Source of the DNA: Octopus sinensis
Lineage: Eukaryota
Direction: 5' to 3'
NCBI RefSeq assembly: GCF_006345805.1
Contig: NC_042999.1
Coordinates: 18,476,001 to 18,540,000 of the forward strand
DNA length: 64,000 bases
Position numbers and translations under genes: made by a program. Each line of letters starts with the position of its first letter. Position 1 is the stretch's first letter. Shown here in pieces: positions 13,616 through 28,127 of this stretch. Below the pieces are notes generated by a model. The model made no database searches. It had not been told where the DNA came from and saw only the letters and a program-made list of their open reading frames with translations.

Positions 13616-13636
13616 GAATACCTATATACGTACGTG

Positions 13637-13679
<43 letters not shown>

Positions 13680-13694
13680 GTACGTGCATGTATA

Positions 13695-14077
13695 TCTCTC
13701 TATATATAAACGGCAGTTTGTCTGTGCGTGTTTCTGTGTGTCTGTTTGCTTGAAACCTCACCCTGACCACGGCTTTCAACCGATTGTGATGAAACTTGAC
13801 ACACACATAGCCTAATGTCATAATTCAAAACTAACGCAGCGAACATTTTGAAAAGTTCCCCCAGTTCTGAAAAAAATCGATAAATTCGACATGGGGTCGA
13901 GAATAAGAAACACAAACCGCAAACTGTCTAGGGGACGCAACTCCACCTTTTTTAACTAAAAAAAAAAATTACCATCATTTTTTCCCATTTTTTTACTATC
14001 TTTTGGCTATAACTCTCTAAAAATGCTTTATAGATGTTTCCCTTACAAACCTGGGCAACGCCGGGCGATACTGCTAG
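13695..14077 (+). mobile_element. Non-autonomous Helitron
   Basis: Starts A|TCTCTCTATATATAAA and ends with the hairpin CTGGGCAACGCCGGG then CTAG|T. No TSD, inserted between A and T, as is canonical for Helitrons. Confidence 0.8.
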
Positions 14078-14123
14078 TATATATATATATATATATATAC
14101 TGAGAGACATATACAAAATACAG

Positions 14124-14166
<43 letters not shown>

Positions 14167-14738
14167 TGGAGAGGTGCGTGTCTTTTGTAAAAGACCTTTG
14201 GTTTAGCTAAATACGTTTGTCACATATTTTAAATACCAAAGACAAATGCACTGCACTTACCGCAGAGGAAGACTTCTCTCTTACGATAAGATGTGTAAAC
14301 ACATTATATCTGCCAAGTGCTTCTCCCTAGCAGACTTCCAGAGGCACGTTCCTGACTCTTTAGCCTTCCTCAACTGGAAACACCAATAAGAAATAACAAC
14401 GTTCAGAATCAAAGCCGTAGCTTGAACTGAAAACAATCAACTGCAGGGACTGGTAGGAATAAAAGTAGTAGTAGCATCGTGAAGCAATGAAGAGGAACAA
14501 ACCAACGTTAAATTATGTTAGTTAAATTCAGGCCTTTGAAAATGCCTAGGGTTGTATTTCGTTGCTGATTCCCATTGATGTAGGTTAAAGAACCAGAAAC
14601 ATGGTTCAGGGACTACTGGTCAGATGTGTCGTGTTTAAATCTTTTTTTTTAGTATAGAATACTATTATTTCTGCATGGTAACAGCAGTAAATTATCCTTC
14701 AGAAGCTAAAATATGTCACAAATATTCTGCTATATATA

Positions 14739-14807
<69 letters not shown>

Positions 14808-15039
14808 TGAGCGTACACACACGCACATGCACACGCACACACACACACATACATATATAATGTGTTCTAATTTCAGTTGCATACTGGAGCACAGCACAAA
14901 AAATATTCAGTAGACTTTTATAACTAAACATAAAGATAATTAAGGATAAATAGAATTATAGGTATGTTTACATATATTCATATATGTATATATTCCTATA
15001 TATATAGACTTATGTATATACATATGTAGGTATCTATAG

Positions 15040-15124
<85 letters not shown>

Positions 15125-15417
15125 TATATATACGCATACACATACATACAAGGAGTGATAGTGAGTATTTTTGTATTTTTTCTACATTCACAATTTCCTG
15201 TTTGAATGAGTTAGACATTTATGAAATAAAGTACTTTAGACAACATGGTGAGTTTGATGAATTTTTAGTACTAGTAGCATTTAGAAGCAGTTTTTATTTT
15301 GTATTTTCTTTCTCGTTAAACTTTCCTTCTGTATTTGCTGTTTTACATTGAAATTCATTTGCACATTTCCCCGACATTTTGGAAGTAGCTAAAAGTCGGT
15401 AAAATAACATCTGTATA

Positions 15418-16305
15418 TATGACGTCTGATCAATATGTATCCGGACTTCTGCAAAGGTATCAAAGGTAAAGCACGCAGAGTAAAGCCGCTATGCGCAGAT
15501 TGGTCGTGATCTCTGTTGTACATGAGCACAAAGATTTAACGTTCTAGCTCACTTCTACCGGTTTAAGCAGTGCTGCGAAAGAAGGTTTGTAGCGTCAGAT
15601 CGTCGCATTGACCATGACACAGTACGTTGACATTGCGATACTTGTTCAGAGGCCAACACAAAATTGCAGAAAGTGTATGGAGAGGAATGTATTAGTTGTT
15701 CAGTATGTTTCCAAGAAAGGCTGAAAAAATGTAGATATTGACGAACGGTTTGGGAGAACGACAATCCTGCAAAACTGAGGAAGACATCGCAGATGTGCAT
15801 GTCGCTGTGAGAGAAAATTGTCGAATTACCAACCGTAAGTTATGAGAGGACATGCAGATCAGCTACGGTTCAATTCAGTCTATTCTCACTGAAACTTCGA
15901 GTAGGAGACGCGTATATGCCAATGTTGTGCGAAAACTGCTTCAGCTGACCAAAAAGACACTCGGGTCTCAGTCGCACAATATCTCCTAGATTGTCGAAAA
16001 CAATGAAATCTTGTTGAAAACTTTGCGTAGGCCACTGAGCAGGTATTTCCAAGCTTTTGGCAAAGTTTGATGCAGATTCTACGCTCAACTTTCTCTGTTA
16101 TGGTTAATGTGACGATCACACGTTACACACTTTCCTCCGAAGAACTGCTGTAAACAGTGGATCTGAGCTTGAACCTTAAAACATAGAGCGCATGCACTAC
16201 CGAGTTCAAAGATCATATCAATCTGTGCCATGCTGCTTTACTGTGCGTACGTTATCTTCGTTATTATGGCAATAGTCCAGATACTTATTGATCAGACCAC
16301 TTATA
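15418..16305 (-). mobile_element. Internally deleted, decayed mariner transposon
   Basis: TIRs TATGACGTCTGATCAATATGTATCCGGACT (15418) / AGTCCAGATACTTATTGATCAGACCACTTATA (16274). The minus ORF ITEKVERRICIKLCQKLGNTCS resembles the mariner transposase N-terminal HTH (EQRICIKFC..LGK). Confidence 0.85.
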
Positions 16306-16464
16306 TCTTTTAAACGAACACCAGCAAATGCTAATTGCCTGGTACATGCGGAAGCAAATGTACCAAATCGACGCAGGTATGAATTCTCTGCAATTATATT
16401 ACTATGCAGTTAATCATAAAATACGTTGTTGTATTTTAAGGATCACTATAAAAATTTTTATCAT

Positions 16465-16686
16465 TTATCTTTTAACTTCTTCCAGTCATTCGGATGGGGC
16501 CATGACGGTGAATTGATTAGAAAATGTTTTAAATGAGTGGACTCCAGTGTTTCTGTTTTGTTTTTAAGCCTGGTATTTACATAATCGGTCTTTTTGCCGA
16601 ACAACTTGGTCACAGAGACATAAAAACACCAACACCGGTCGTGAAGTGGTGATGGGTGCGGGCAAATACAGACACACAAACATATG

Positions 16687-16718
<32 letters not shown>

Positions 16719-16886
16719 CATATATACGACGGGCTTCTTTCAGCTTCCGGCTACCAAATCCACTCACAAGGCTTTGGTTGGCCCGAGGCTATAGTAGAAG
16801 ACATTTGCCCAAGGTGCCACGCAGTGGGACTGAATCCGGAACCATGTGGTTCGTAAGCAAGCTACTTACAACACGGCTACTCCTAC
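16465..16886 (-). mobile_element. SINE family B (tRNA head, internal (TA)n(TG)n tract)
   Basis: rc of GGAGTAGCCGTGTTGTAAGTAGCTTGC..GGTTCCGGATTCAGTCCCACTGCGTGGCACCTTGGGCAA..GAAAGAAGCCCGTCG. Confidence 0.88.
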
Positions 16887-18137
16887 AGTTTATTTTCTAC
16901 ATATATATTAATACACGAAGATGAAACAGTTATATTATAAAATCGAATATCTAAAATACTAAGTAAATACTATTTTTCGATATATAATATACAAATGCAC
17001 GCGCCAAATATTCACATAAAACGTAAAGAAATTTAAGAATATGTTATTAAACGTTACGCCATCAAACTTTATATATTTGAGAGAATGTCAGTTTGATAAT
17101 GATAGTGAATTTTAAGGATTCTAACTTGATTTCCTTTGGAAAGACTCCAACAGATTTTGAAAATAAATGGTTTCAAAGACTAGACAATTTGGCACGTAAG
17201 TGCAACGAAATTTTCACAAGATGCTGACTTAGTTGTTTACTGCTTCTTGGCTCGATAGAAAAAAGTCTGGAACCTGAATTACATTTCTATCATTTTCAAA
17301 TAAATCATGATCTCTGTCTACAATGAAGACGAATGTAGCTGATAAATTTTGTTTATTTTTTCATATGCCAATGTTTACCCAAACAACAATATATTATATT
17401 TACGTATATAAATATATATGACATCCAGCACAAAATAAATAAATAAATAAATAAATAAAATAAAATAAAAAGAGAAACAACAGTATGAGATTTATATGAT
17501 TGTTTCAATCCATTTTGGGAAGGAATAGAATTATAGGTATCAACTTGTTTGTGGAAAACATTTTAAATATTCAACACAGAAAGAACATATTCCTGCAAAA
17601 TTAACTAGACGAAACATATTGAACCGTTACACAAATATAAGCAACTCATTTACATATATAATAACAATAATATCTCTTTCTTTTCTGTCCTCTTCAATCC
17701 TTTACCGTGAGGTTTTTTTTTTAGTTGTTTCTTACCCACAATGCAACGCATAAACTATTGATGATTTTCTACTAAATCTGTTCTAGTATTTTCTATATAT
17801 TTTTTCTGAAATAATTTCAGACAAGTTCTGTTCAGGTATATGAATATATTACAGAGAAAAATGATATTGCATTAGTTAAGTGGTTTTGTTTTTCCAGTGT
17901 TATACTAAATATAAAGTGTTTTAGTTGTTCCTTTTCCTCCACACTTCCAATGCTCGGCAGCCAGGCTTTTGTGAAGGAAGTAATGACAATAGAGTTTATA
18001 GAATGTCTTTCGGGGCATATTATTCAAAGTTCCGTTCGCTTTTCTTAAAATGATTGGGTGTGATTTCACTTCTATATTTATTACTTCAGTCGGAGGTTGT
18101 TGACAGGCCAGTTAATCTTATACAAAAATTATATATA

Positions 18138-18304
18138 GGAGCAGAAGTGGTTGTGTGGTAAGAAGGTTGCTTCCCAACCAGATTGTTCCGGGTTCAGTCC
18201 CACTGCGTGACACCTTGGCGAAGTGTCTTCTTCTCTATCGTCTCGGGCCCACCAAATCCTTGTGAGTGGATTTTGTAGATGGAAGCTGAAAGAAGCCAGT
18301 CGTA

Positions 18305-18372
<68 letters not shown>

Positions 18373-18378
18373 TATATT

Positions 18379-18411
<33 letters not shown>

Positions 18412-18650
18412 ATGTGTGTGTCTGTGTCTGTTTGAATGTGTGTATGTATCTGTATGTATGTCTGTCCCCCCCCCACCATCACTTTACAACCGATGTTGGT
18501 ATGTTTACATCTCTGTAACGTAGCCGTTCGGCAAAAGAGATGGATAGATTAAGTACTAGGATTACAAAGAACAAGTCCTGGGGTCGATTTCTACGACTAA
18601 AGGTAGTGCTCCGGCATGGCCACAATCAAATGACTGAAAGAAGTAAAAGA
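18138..18650 (+). mobile_element. SINE family B
   Basis: Same head/body/tail as the other B copies, with tail CATGGCCACAATCAAATGACTGAAAGAAGTAAAAGA. Confidence 0.88.
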
Positions 18651-18739
18651 CTACACTTAGTAAGTATTTGGGGGGAAATTTGCAGCCATATTATTGTATT
18701 ATAATGAATATTTCAGTAATGATATGAATGTTTTTTGCT

Positions 18740-19310
18740 CAGATTTTAGGAAACAAAGCTGACATCCTGCTGGCACTATTGCGTATTGTATCTCTAACAA
18801 TGCTCCTCCGTCATTTTCAATGAATTTCTAAAGTGAGCCAGGCATCTGCAGACTGATATTACCATTGCAATCAGTCATCCACCTCTACCGACAGTCAAAA
18901 CTTCAAATGATCATTTACATAGAAGGACAAGAACATCATAAAAGCAAATAGAAAATCAACAGCAGGACGGCCAACGATATTCTCCTGCTTGTGTTTATTT
19001 TCTACATACTCTTTCTTTTCTACATACATTCCTAGCATGGATTCCTACTGCAGAAATAACGAGAGAGTTGCAGTTGTTCGAAATGAGGTGTTCTCGTAAA
19101 TATTTGAACTTCATCACAAATGACTAGCTATGAGAAAACATCCATGAACATAGAGACATTCGTTATAAATTTCTCACAACATATAAATAATGAATTCTGA
19201 ACGTAATATATATATAACATCTTCGAGTGGACTTGCAAAACTCTTTTTTTTAACGAAGTGGAACAGATGGAAAAAGTGGTGGTTGTTGGGGGTAAGCAGA
19301 GGGAGCCATG
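18740..19310 (+). mobile_element. Highly decayed RTE-clade LINE remnant
   Basis: Broken frames give TANDILLL (FADD-like), AWIPTAEITRELQLFEMRCSRKYLNF (compare ETWTL..RIQAFEMRCYRR.L) and GLAK..GKQR. Confidence 0.65.
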
Positions 19311-19615
19311 AATGAACTAATGAAAAACAAAAAGGAAAAAAACGGACATAAAATTTTGTGGAATTGATAAGCAAGTCATGAGCAAGGATCACGAGCTCTG
19401 GAACACAATCTAGAGAGAAGAGAGAGTAGGACATCAATATATGCCGTATGTAACGACGATCACCTACAGGTTGAGTACTGGTGACAAGTGAATTAAACTG
19501 AATCCGAGTAAAGCCACATTCCGCAGTATTTCGCATATATTCCGGACATGTGATGTCATCTCTATTGATAATCATACCAGTAATGCATTGGAAAATGTAA
19601 CTAAAAATTCAGATA

Positions 19616-19762
19616 GGTGTAGGAATAGCTTGCTTACCAACCACATAGTTCCGGGTTCAGTCCTACTGCGTGGCACCTTGGGTAGGTGTCTTCTACTCTA
19701 GCCTCGGGCCGGCCAATACCTTGTGAGTAGATTTGGTAGACGGAAATTAAAAGAAGCCCGTC

Positions 19763-19827
<65 letters not shown>

Positions 19828-20016
19828 TGTGTGTGTGTCTGTGTGTGTCTGTGTATACGCCCCCGTAACTTAGCGCTTCGGCAAAAGAGACCGATAGAAT
19901 AAGTACTAGGCTTACAAAGAATAAGTCCTGGTGTCGATTGCTCGACTAAAGGTGGTGCTCCAGCATGGCCACAGTCAAATTACTCAAACAAGTAAAAGAG
20001 TAAAAGAGTAAAGAGT
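19616..20016 (+). mobile_element. SINE family B
   Basis: GGTGTAGGAATAGCTTGCTTACCAACC..AAAGAAGCCCGTCG..CAAGTAAAAGAG. Confidence 0.88.
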
Positions 20017-20480
20017 ATAGTCTTCTAGTGAAGTTTTAACTTGCGAAATACTCTGGCTCTATAAAACCTTACTCGCTACGAACTAAACACATGCGAGATA
20101 TCTTCAAATGCTCTACAATAAAATTCCTGTATATTTCAGCACAGCTAATTCTGTCTTATTTCGTAAGAATAAATTTCTATAGATTTCAATGATATTGTGT
20201 CATTAAAAAGTTACTGAGCATCCATAATACTGGATTCGGGTGATTCAAAAGTAATATATTTAAATAAGTTTGCAGAATTGATCGGCAAGCATTAGCGATA
20301 TTTACTTAGGCGCTTACTCTGTTATTATGGAGTTTGTATTACAGAGTGATACTATCTACGTAGTTCAGTGATCTTCGATCAACCTCAGTAGATAAATGAT
20401 TTATAGTCATTAAGATAATTTCTATAAACCTTGGAAGATTTGTCCGAGATTGTGGAAGCCATTGTATATAAGTGGAAATA

Positions 20481-20522
20481 TATAAGTTGAAATATATATA
20501 AGTTTATAAGAAGAAATATATG

Positions 20523-20560
<38 letters not shown>

Positions 20561-20597
20561 AGAGAGTGTGTGTAGATATATATGTGGCGTGTGTGTG

Positions 20598-20636
<39 letters not shown>

Positions 20637-20750
20637 GTATATAAGTAGAAATATATGTTGAAACATATATAAGTTTATAAGAAGAAATATATATGTTCAT
20701 GTGTGTGTAGATATATATGTGGCGTGTGTGTATGTATACATATATATATA

Positions 20751-20789
<39 letters not shown>

Positions 20790-20790
20790 T
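20481..20790. repeat. Tandem duplication of a ~160-bp microsatellite-rich unit
   Basis: ATATATAAGTTTATAAGAAGAAATATA and GTAGATATATATGTGGCGTGTGTG each occur twice, about 160 and 135 bp apart. Confidence 0.8.
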
Positions 20791-21833
20791 GTGTATAAAT
20801 ATGTAGTTATATGTACATTCGTGCTTATACGCACACACCTATGGAGAAATAGATGTTTGAGAATGAATATATGTATATATTTATATGTGTGTGTGTGTGA
20901 GAGAGTGTATATGTTTGTGTGTGTATATCTACATATATAACTGCAGCTTATTCATTTCATAGAAGTAAATATTGAATAATATTGACTCTTATGAAACCTG
21001 CTTCCATTATTATATTTATCTGAATGCATGCATAGTGATATATTTTTATATCAAGTAATATATCTAATAATAAATAGAATTACATCGAAACAGAGACATA
21101 TAAATTATAATATGTATACTTATCTAATGTAGCATCAAACGCTGTCGCTAACTGGTTACAATCTTAAAATATCATTTAATCAAATTGGCTTCTTTTGAAA
21201 ATTAATCTAGAATGATTGAACTCTGTAATCCGAATCATTTATTCACATATTACCATAATTTAGGTATATTTTTTTTTGTTCTATGTGTTAGCTGTCTCTA
21301 TTCCGAATCGTGAGTTAGATGAATTTTCCTTTGAAGATAATCAAATATTTTGTTTCTTCTCCTTTTGTGATATCTCTTCATATGCGAAGATATGTAAATA
21401 TCTTCATATTTTGGGATAGCTTAACATGGAATATCTGAATACTTAAATATATAAATCAATATCGAATTTATGTTTTAACCTATATTTTTTTCAAATTATT
21501 TTATAGATTACATAATTACCAACATATAAAATCTCAAAGAAGAAAAACATATCCTCCATTTAGGAAGAAAACCATATCTGACATTTATGCAAAGATCTTC
21601 TTCCCCTTCTAAGTGCGATATGATATGCATTGTAGACTTAAACAACAGCTGCTTTAATGACTTGGCCTTCTAAGAAAGGTTACGCTCGATCGTGTGTCCT
21701 GGTAAATATGACACTTGTGTTTTCCTCAAATCTCATATTACCCATTAGAATATATTAGGCCATTATTGAAAAATTGAATCGTTAGCGTGAAAGAATGTCG
21801 TGTGGAGAAAACTACTGAAAAAATGAGATAATG

Positions 21834-22217
21834 GGCGTAGGAGTGGCTGTGTGGTAAGTAGCTTGCTTACGAACCAGATGGTTCCGGGTTCAGCCCCACT
21901 GCGTGGCATCTTGGGCAAGTGTCCTCTGCTATAGCCCCGGACCGACCAATGCCTTGTGAGTGAATTTGGTAGACGGAAACTGAAAGAAGCCCGTCGTATA
22001 TATGTATATATATATGTATGTATGTGTTTGTTCGTGTGTCTGTGTTTGTCCCCCTAGCATTGCTTGACAACCGATGCTAGTTCGGCAAAAAGTGACCGAT
22101 AGAATAAGTACAGGGCTTACAAAGAATAAGTCCCGGGGTCGATTTGCTCGACTAAAGGCGGTGCTCCAGTATGGCCGCAGTCAAATGACTGAAACAAGTA
22201 AAAGAGTAAAAGAGAGA
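21834..22217 (+). mobile_element. SINE family B
   Basis: GGCGTAGGAGTGGCTGTGTGGTAAGTAGCTTGC head; full tail. Confidence 0.9.
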
Positions 22218-23120
22218 GTATCTAACTTTATACAAAACCATATTAATAAGAAGAACGTGTACTTTGTTGTATTTTATTTCATAGCATTTTATTGTTAAAT
22301 TCCATATTAGATCTGCGAAATCATTATCATTGTAATGGAATATATATAGGCATGCATTTACGTGAGCAACATAAGGAGATTTTCAAACCGCTTCACTAGG
22401 AGCAGCTAAAGTTTACATAATTAAATTGTTGTATCTGTGAAACGAGAAATGCACAGGCATTATGCAAACATATGTACGTGTGACTCAGGCACCTTAATAC
22501 GAATATGCATTTCATTGATTAAATCCATTGAATATTAACGTTAACGGCATTGATATTTTCTGGTTTGATCTCGGTCTGGGAAAAATAGTTGACAACGGAA
22601 AATATACGCCGTCATAGATTGAAGTTAACTCATGAATGCACGTGTGTACGTCAAATGCGTGGAAAAAAGACTCAGCTGAGACAAAGTTGATTGGGTTCTT
22701 GGCTAAAATTGTGTTACCCAGTTCAGAAAAAAAGAAGTGATACGTGATATTCTCTTTCATTCTTAACCCATATTACTGTTCGATCGTGTTAGATCATTAT
22801 TGAACACTTGAAAACATTGATGTGGAAGGAGAATTTGGGTCTAAGCAAAATGAAAAAGGGATCCAATATTGGTTTTTCTGTAAATATTTGTTACAGGTAG
22901 ACGGAAGCAGAGGCACATGAACAGAAGCACTCGCAAATGAACACACAAATTCACACGCACAGGCACACACATTCACACATACACACACATACTCACACAC
23001 ATAAGCACGCACACACATACACACAGGCATACATACACACGCCTACACACGTGAACGTATTACAGTAAGCTCCAAATTCACAAATACCATTTCAGTGATT
23101 CACATGCCTTTATCTGTATG

Positions 23121-23348
23121 TACAATAATCCTTCACCGTATCGCGGTTCACCTATCACGGTTTATCATTTAAGCTTACGTTGCTTCCTCCATGGTGTTGC
23201 TTTGCATTTACAATAAAATACATTTATACATACTATAAAAATCATTAAAAAAAATATACAGTACTCTTTCTACTTCGCGGATTTTTACTTATCGCGGGTT
23301 GGTGATGCTTTGGAATGTAACAGCCGTGATAGTCAAGAGATTTCTGTA
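23121..23348. mobile_element. Tigger/pogo-like MITE
   Basis: TA-CAATAATCCTTCACCGTATCGCGG ... CCGTGATAGTCAAGAGATTTCTG-TA; imperfect CAGTA-type TIRs. Confidence 0.6.
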
Positions 23349-23887
23349 TCGCTGAATTATGGAGAACGATACAAAAGAAGAAACAAACTCGCATAAATGT
23401 CACGAACATTAGATGTAGATAGATTACATGGTGATAAATACATCACCTGTAATTTCAGTAATTATTAATTACATCCATGGTTAATTAGAAAGACAACAAA
23501 AGTATACTTGACAAATTAATCGATTTTCTTAACCGAATAAATGTATTTCTACCTATTATTGACCCCGTTTTCTGAAAATGATTGCATCAGCGCATTTATT
23601 GAACACTCTATCGGAAATTCAATGAAAAAAGTAATTAAAATACGTAAATATTAAACAAGCTCGTTATAATATATATCTATGTGCAAGGCAGTGTATGTAT
23701 ATAGGTATGCACGCAGACAAGTATGTTTATGTTTGTGTGTTCGTGTGTGCGTGTGTATACACGTTTGATTTTATATTGTAATAAACACAATTTGACATTA
23801 AACTAAGGTATTACTGAATAGAAATCTATTATTCTTGTTATATACATATATTTACAAACACACACACACAAACACACACACACACAC

Positions 23888-23955
<68 letters not shown>

Positions 23956-24561
23956 TATATATATATTTATATTACAGAGGTATGCATTTGTGCATATATG
24001 ACATTTAAAAGTACAATTAGAAGCTATATCAGTTATAAATAACGTCTTTGTATACAATGGACGAGAGAAATGGGTATTGAAAATCCCGAAGTGTCAATGC
24101 CGAGGGGTAAACATATTTTTACTAAATATATCAGCCGAACAAATTAACTGCATGGACGTAAAGTTTGGTGTCTCTTCCCTGAAATTGCATAATTGAATGT
24201 TACACGTGAGTACATAGATTTACAGTCCTAATATCAATGCAGGAACAAGAAATATGTAATTAAGACATTTCATACGAACATATATGGTTCGATATCCACT
24301 GGTAGTCTTCGGCTATCTTTTTCTACGCAACGAAATTTTAACCCAGTGTATTATATTATATGACTGTTCACGTAGCTGTATTCGCCTCGAGATACACCGC
24401 TGAATAACTTATTTACCTATTTCTCGATGTCTCTATATTGTTATTACTAATGCACATAAATACTGATGCAAACATATATATCATATATATGTACATTTAT
24501 GTGCATATTTATGTGTGCGTGTGTCTGTGTGTGTGTGGATGAGTGTGAGTGTGTGTGCATT

Positions 24562-24597
<36 letters not shown>

Positions 24598-25119
24598 TCA
24601 GAGAGATATGAAAGAAATGTAATATTGAATTACAAAGACACACTGATATATTTTGGAAGAAGCGGAGACAGATGTGTGCCTTTCCATGGAAGAGCTAAAA
24701 TATCCTGGAATCTCTAATAGGTTGTTTGAATAATTAATGCATTCTATAAAACACGAATTTTCGATTTTGTCCCTCTCCCGAAATATATCACAACCTGAGA
24801 CATTCATGAATAATACGAACGTGACGAGGAATTGATATAAAACGCAATTCAGATGTTCAGACAATAAAGAAAAGAAAAACAAATTGCTCCAATTCTCTCT
24901 AAGATACGTAATAAGTGAAAGATTTATATATCGAATCTTACAATCGTAATTTGTACTAAGGGCAACATGACATTGGCTTTCATAAGCAATGCTTTGCAGA
25001 TCCGAATACTTCCTCTATGAAACAATATTCTATTTTGAAATATATATAAAATTTGATGTGATGTTAAGGTTTCAATATTATGTCAAAGATATCTCTCTAA
25101 AAAATACAGGTTCACAATA

Positions 25120-25544
25120 CACTCTTTTACTCACTTTTTTTACTCTTTTTACTTGTTTCAGTCATTTGACTGCGGCCATGCTGGAGCACCGCCTTTAGTC
25201 GAGCAACTCGACCCCGGGACTTATTCTTTTTAAGCCCATTACTTATTCTATCGGTCCCTTTTGCCGAACCGTTAAGTTACGGGGATGTAAACACACCAGC
25301 ACCGGTTGTCAAACGATGGTGGGGTGACAAACACAGACACACAAACATATATACAGACACACATATATATATACATATATACGACGGGCTTCTTTCAGTT
25401 TCCGTCTACCAAATCCACTCACAAGGCTTTGGTCGGCACGAGGCTATAGTAGAAGGCACTTGCCCAAGGTGCCACGCAGTGGGACTGAACCCGGAACCAT
25501 GTGGTTGGTAATCAATCTACTTACCACACAGCCACTCCTGCGCC
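25120..25544 (-). mobile_element. SINE family B
   Basis: Near full-length reverse-complement copy. Confidence 0.9.
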
Positions 25545-25707
25545 TATTGAATTTTTCATATAATATACTCATGCAGAAAAGTATAAAAAGTTTTGAATTG
25601 TACAACAATGCACTATAATACAAACAGTGGGCTATACACCTGTTGTAATTTAGTCATCCATAGTCTGATATGATATTTGGGAATAATATTCCTTCTTCAG
25701 ATATTAT

Positions 25708-26116
25708 TTCTTTATTGCCCACAAAGGGTTAAACACAGAGGGGACAAACAAGAAGAGTCAAAGGGAGTAAGTCGATTACATCGACTCCAGTGCGAAACTG
25801 GTACTTTATTTATCGACCCCGAAAGGATGAAAGTCAAAGTCGACCTCGCTGGAATTTGAACTCAGAACCTAACGGCAGATGCAATAACTATTTCTTTACT
25901 ACCCACAAGGGGCTAAACACAAAGAGGACAAACAAGGAAAGACAAAGGGATTAAGTCGATTACATCGACGCCAGTGCGAAACTGGTACTTTATTTATCGA
26001 CCCCGAAAGGATGAAAGGCAAAGTCGACCCCGGCGGAATTTGAACTCAGAACAGCAGATGCAATACGACTAAGCATGTTGCCCGGCGAGCGAACGTTTCT
26101 GCCAGCTCGTCGCCTT
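25708..26116 (-). mobile_element. SINE family A, headed unit plus headless unit
   Basis: rc junction TAAAGAAATAGTTATTGCATCTG near 25875-25900. Confidence 0.88.
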
Positions 26117-27404
26117 CATCCATATTCAGATATCATTAGATGGAGTCGCTGCTATAATCGGTTTTCTTATGTAGAGGTTGTTTAATAAATAATAATATTA
26201 CAAAATCTGAATTAATAAAAGTAAATCCTAATTCATTGATGTAGGTTTTACTCGGTACTTAATTCACGAAGCCTCACTTCAATTCATTGAAATATTCATA
26301 ATGTATGTTATACAAATCTGTCTCATACTGGCGATAAATTTTCACGTTTACGTAGCGCATGCATAGCATACTCTCATGAATAGGTTGGTATAACTACATC
26401 CCTCGGTGACTGATACAACGAACAATTCATGTTAGATGGATGAATAATTTAGCTGTGTTGTCTTTACCAAAACGGTAGGTGGAAAATGGCTTGAAATTCT
26501 CCAAAATGTATTCAATATCCCAATCTGATTAATAGGACAAATGGTGAACTATCTTTCCAAACCATAGCCATAAAGCTTATGGAAAACCAGGATGTTGTGA
26601 TTATCATATGACAGAGATAATAGCCCAATACATTCGGCACGTTCTTTATGGAGACTGACACATAAGTTTAATAGATAAAAATGATGATACATCTTAATGC
26701 AATAAAAAATGCAAATATTGCCAAAACTTCACACTAGTTACAGATTCAAATTTTCCCTTTCATTATTTTTCAGGCTTCTGTCCAACAGTCTAGCATAACT
26801 TAGATTTAGTAAGAAGATTTCCACAGCAAATTCTCTGATGAGAGTATTCTATGGTTTCTTACGGTGGAATTGTATGAAAGCTACCAGCAATTCTTCACGC
26901 TTAATATTAATCAGATATCTATAATACTCAAAGAATTTAGTGCCGTGTGTTTCAGTGTATAGGTTTAAAGGCATATAAATAAATGCAACTGCATGAATAT
27001 GTCTGTATTCCATTGGATATCCTATAGTAATAAAAGCTGTTTGTGGAGATAGTGGTCATATTACTTTGCGTGAAGGAAATTTGACTCTACTAATATATAA
27101 ACATATAGCTTAATGTAGCAATTTAGACACCTGCAAATACATTCACCATTTACACATGTACACTTAAAGTCGGGAATAAAATATAATCGACCAAATATGT
27201 ATACAGTATTCAGTCATATGGACACTGGAGGAGGTTAGTACATATAAATGGAATCAGGTGAGGAGAGACTAATGGGTAAATATATAAAGATTGCAAGTAA
27301 CTTCTTCATACGAACTTATATAAACATAGAAGTACATATATATAGATATATATATGTATATGTGTGTATTAATAAATATATATTTATATGTTTAAAGAAA
27401 CAGA

Positions 27405-27415
27405 TAGTTAGACAA

Positions 27416-27468
<53 letters not shown>
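27405..27468. repeat. (GATA)n microsatellite
   Basis: Direct inspection. Confidence 0.95.
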
Positions 27469-27469
<1 letters not shown>

Positions 27470-27689
27470 GTGCTAGGAGTATATGGCTTTATGTGAGTGG
27501 ATGAGTTGCGTAAGTTCCACTATGCTTCTGTATACATCAATGAATGGCTGTGTAAATATAATGGGGAAGTCAGTAACCGTTTCTTTACACGAAGTAATAA
27601 CCTGACTATGTTTGCAGATTTTATGAAGTCTTCCTTCCTGTTTGCAGAATGAAAGAGATGTAAATCTAATAAGACCGGGCAACGTGTGT

Positions 27690-27736
27690 GTATAATATAT
27701 ATATATATATATATATATAAACAGACATACATATAC

Positions 27737-27778
<42 letters not shown>

Positions 27779-27808
27779 CAGACATACATATACATATGTA
27801 TATATATG

Positions 27809-27839
<31 letters not shown>

Positions 27840-27919
27840 CAGACATGCATATATATATATATATAATATATATATATATTATATATATATATATATAAAC
27901 AGACATACATATATATATG

Positions 27920-27959
<40 letters not shown>

Positions 27960-28063
27960 AGACATACATATATATATGCATATATATATATGTATATATA
28001 TATATGAACAGACATGCATATATATATATGTATATATATATATATAATATATATGAACAGACA

Positions 28064-28127
<64 letters not shown>

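Noticed and set aside
19174-19575. 133-aa minus-strand ORF
   Set aside because: Partly antisense to a decayed RTE remnant; no domain recognised.
22512-22760. 82-aa minus-strand ORF with protein-like composition
   Set aside because: No recognisable motif or convincing splice sites, and its length is within chance expectation.
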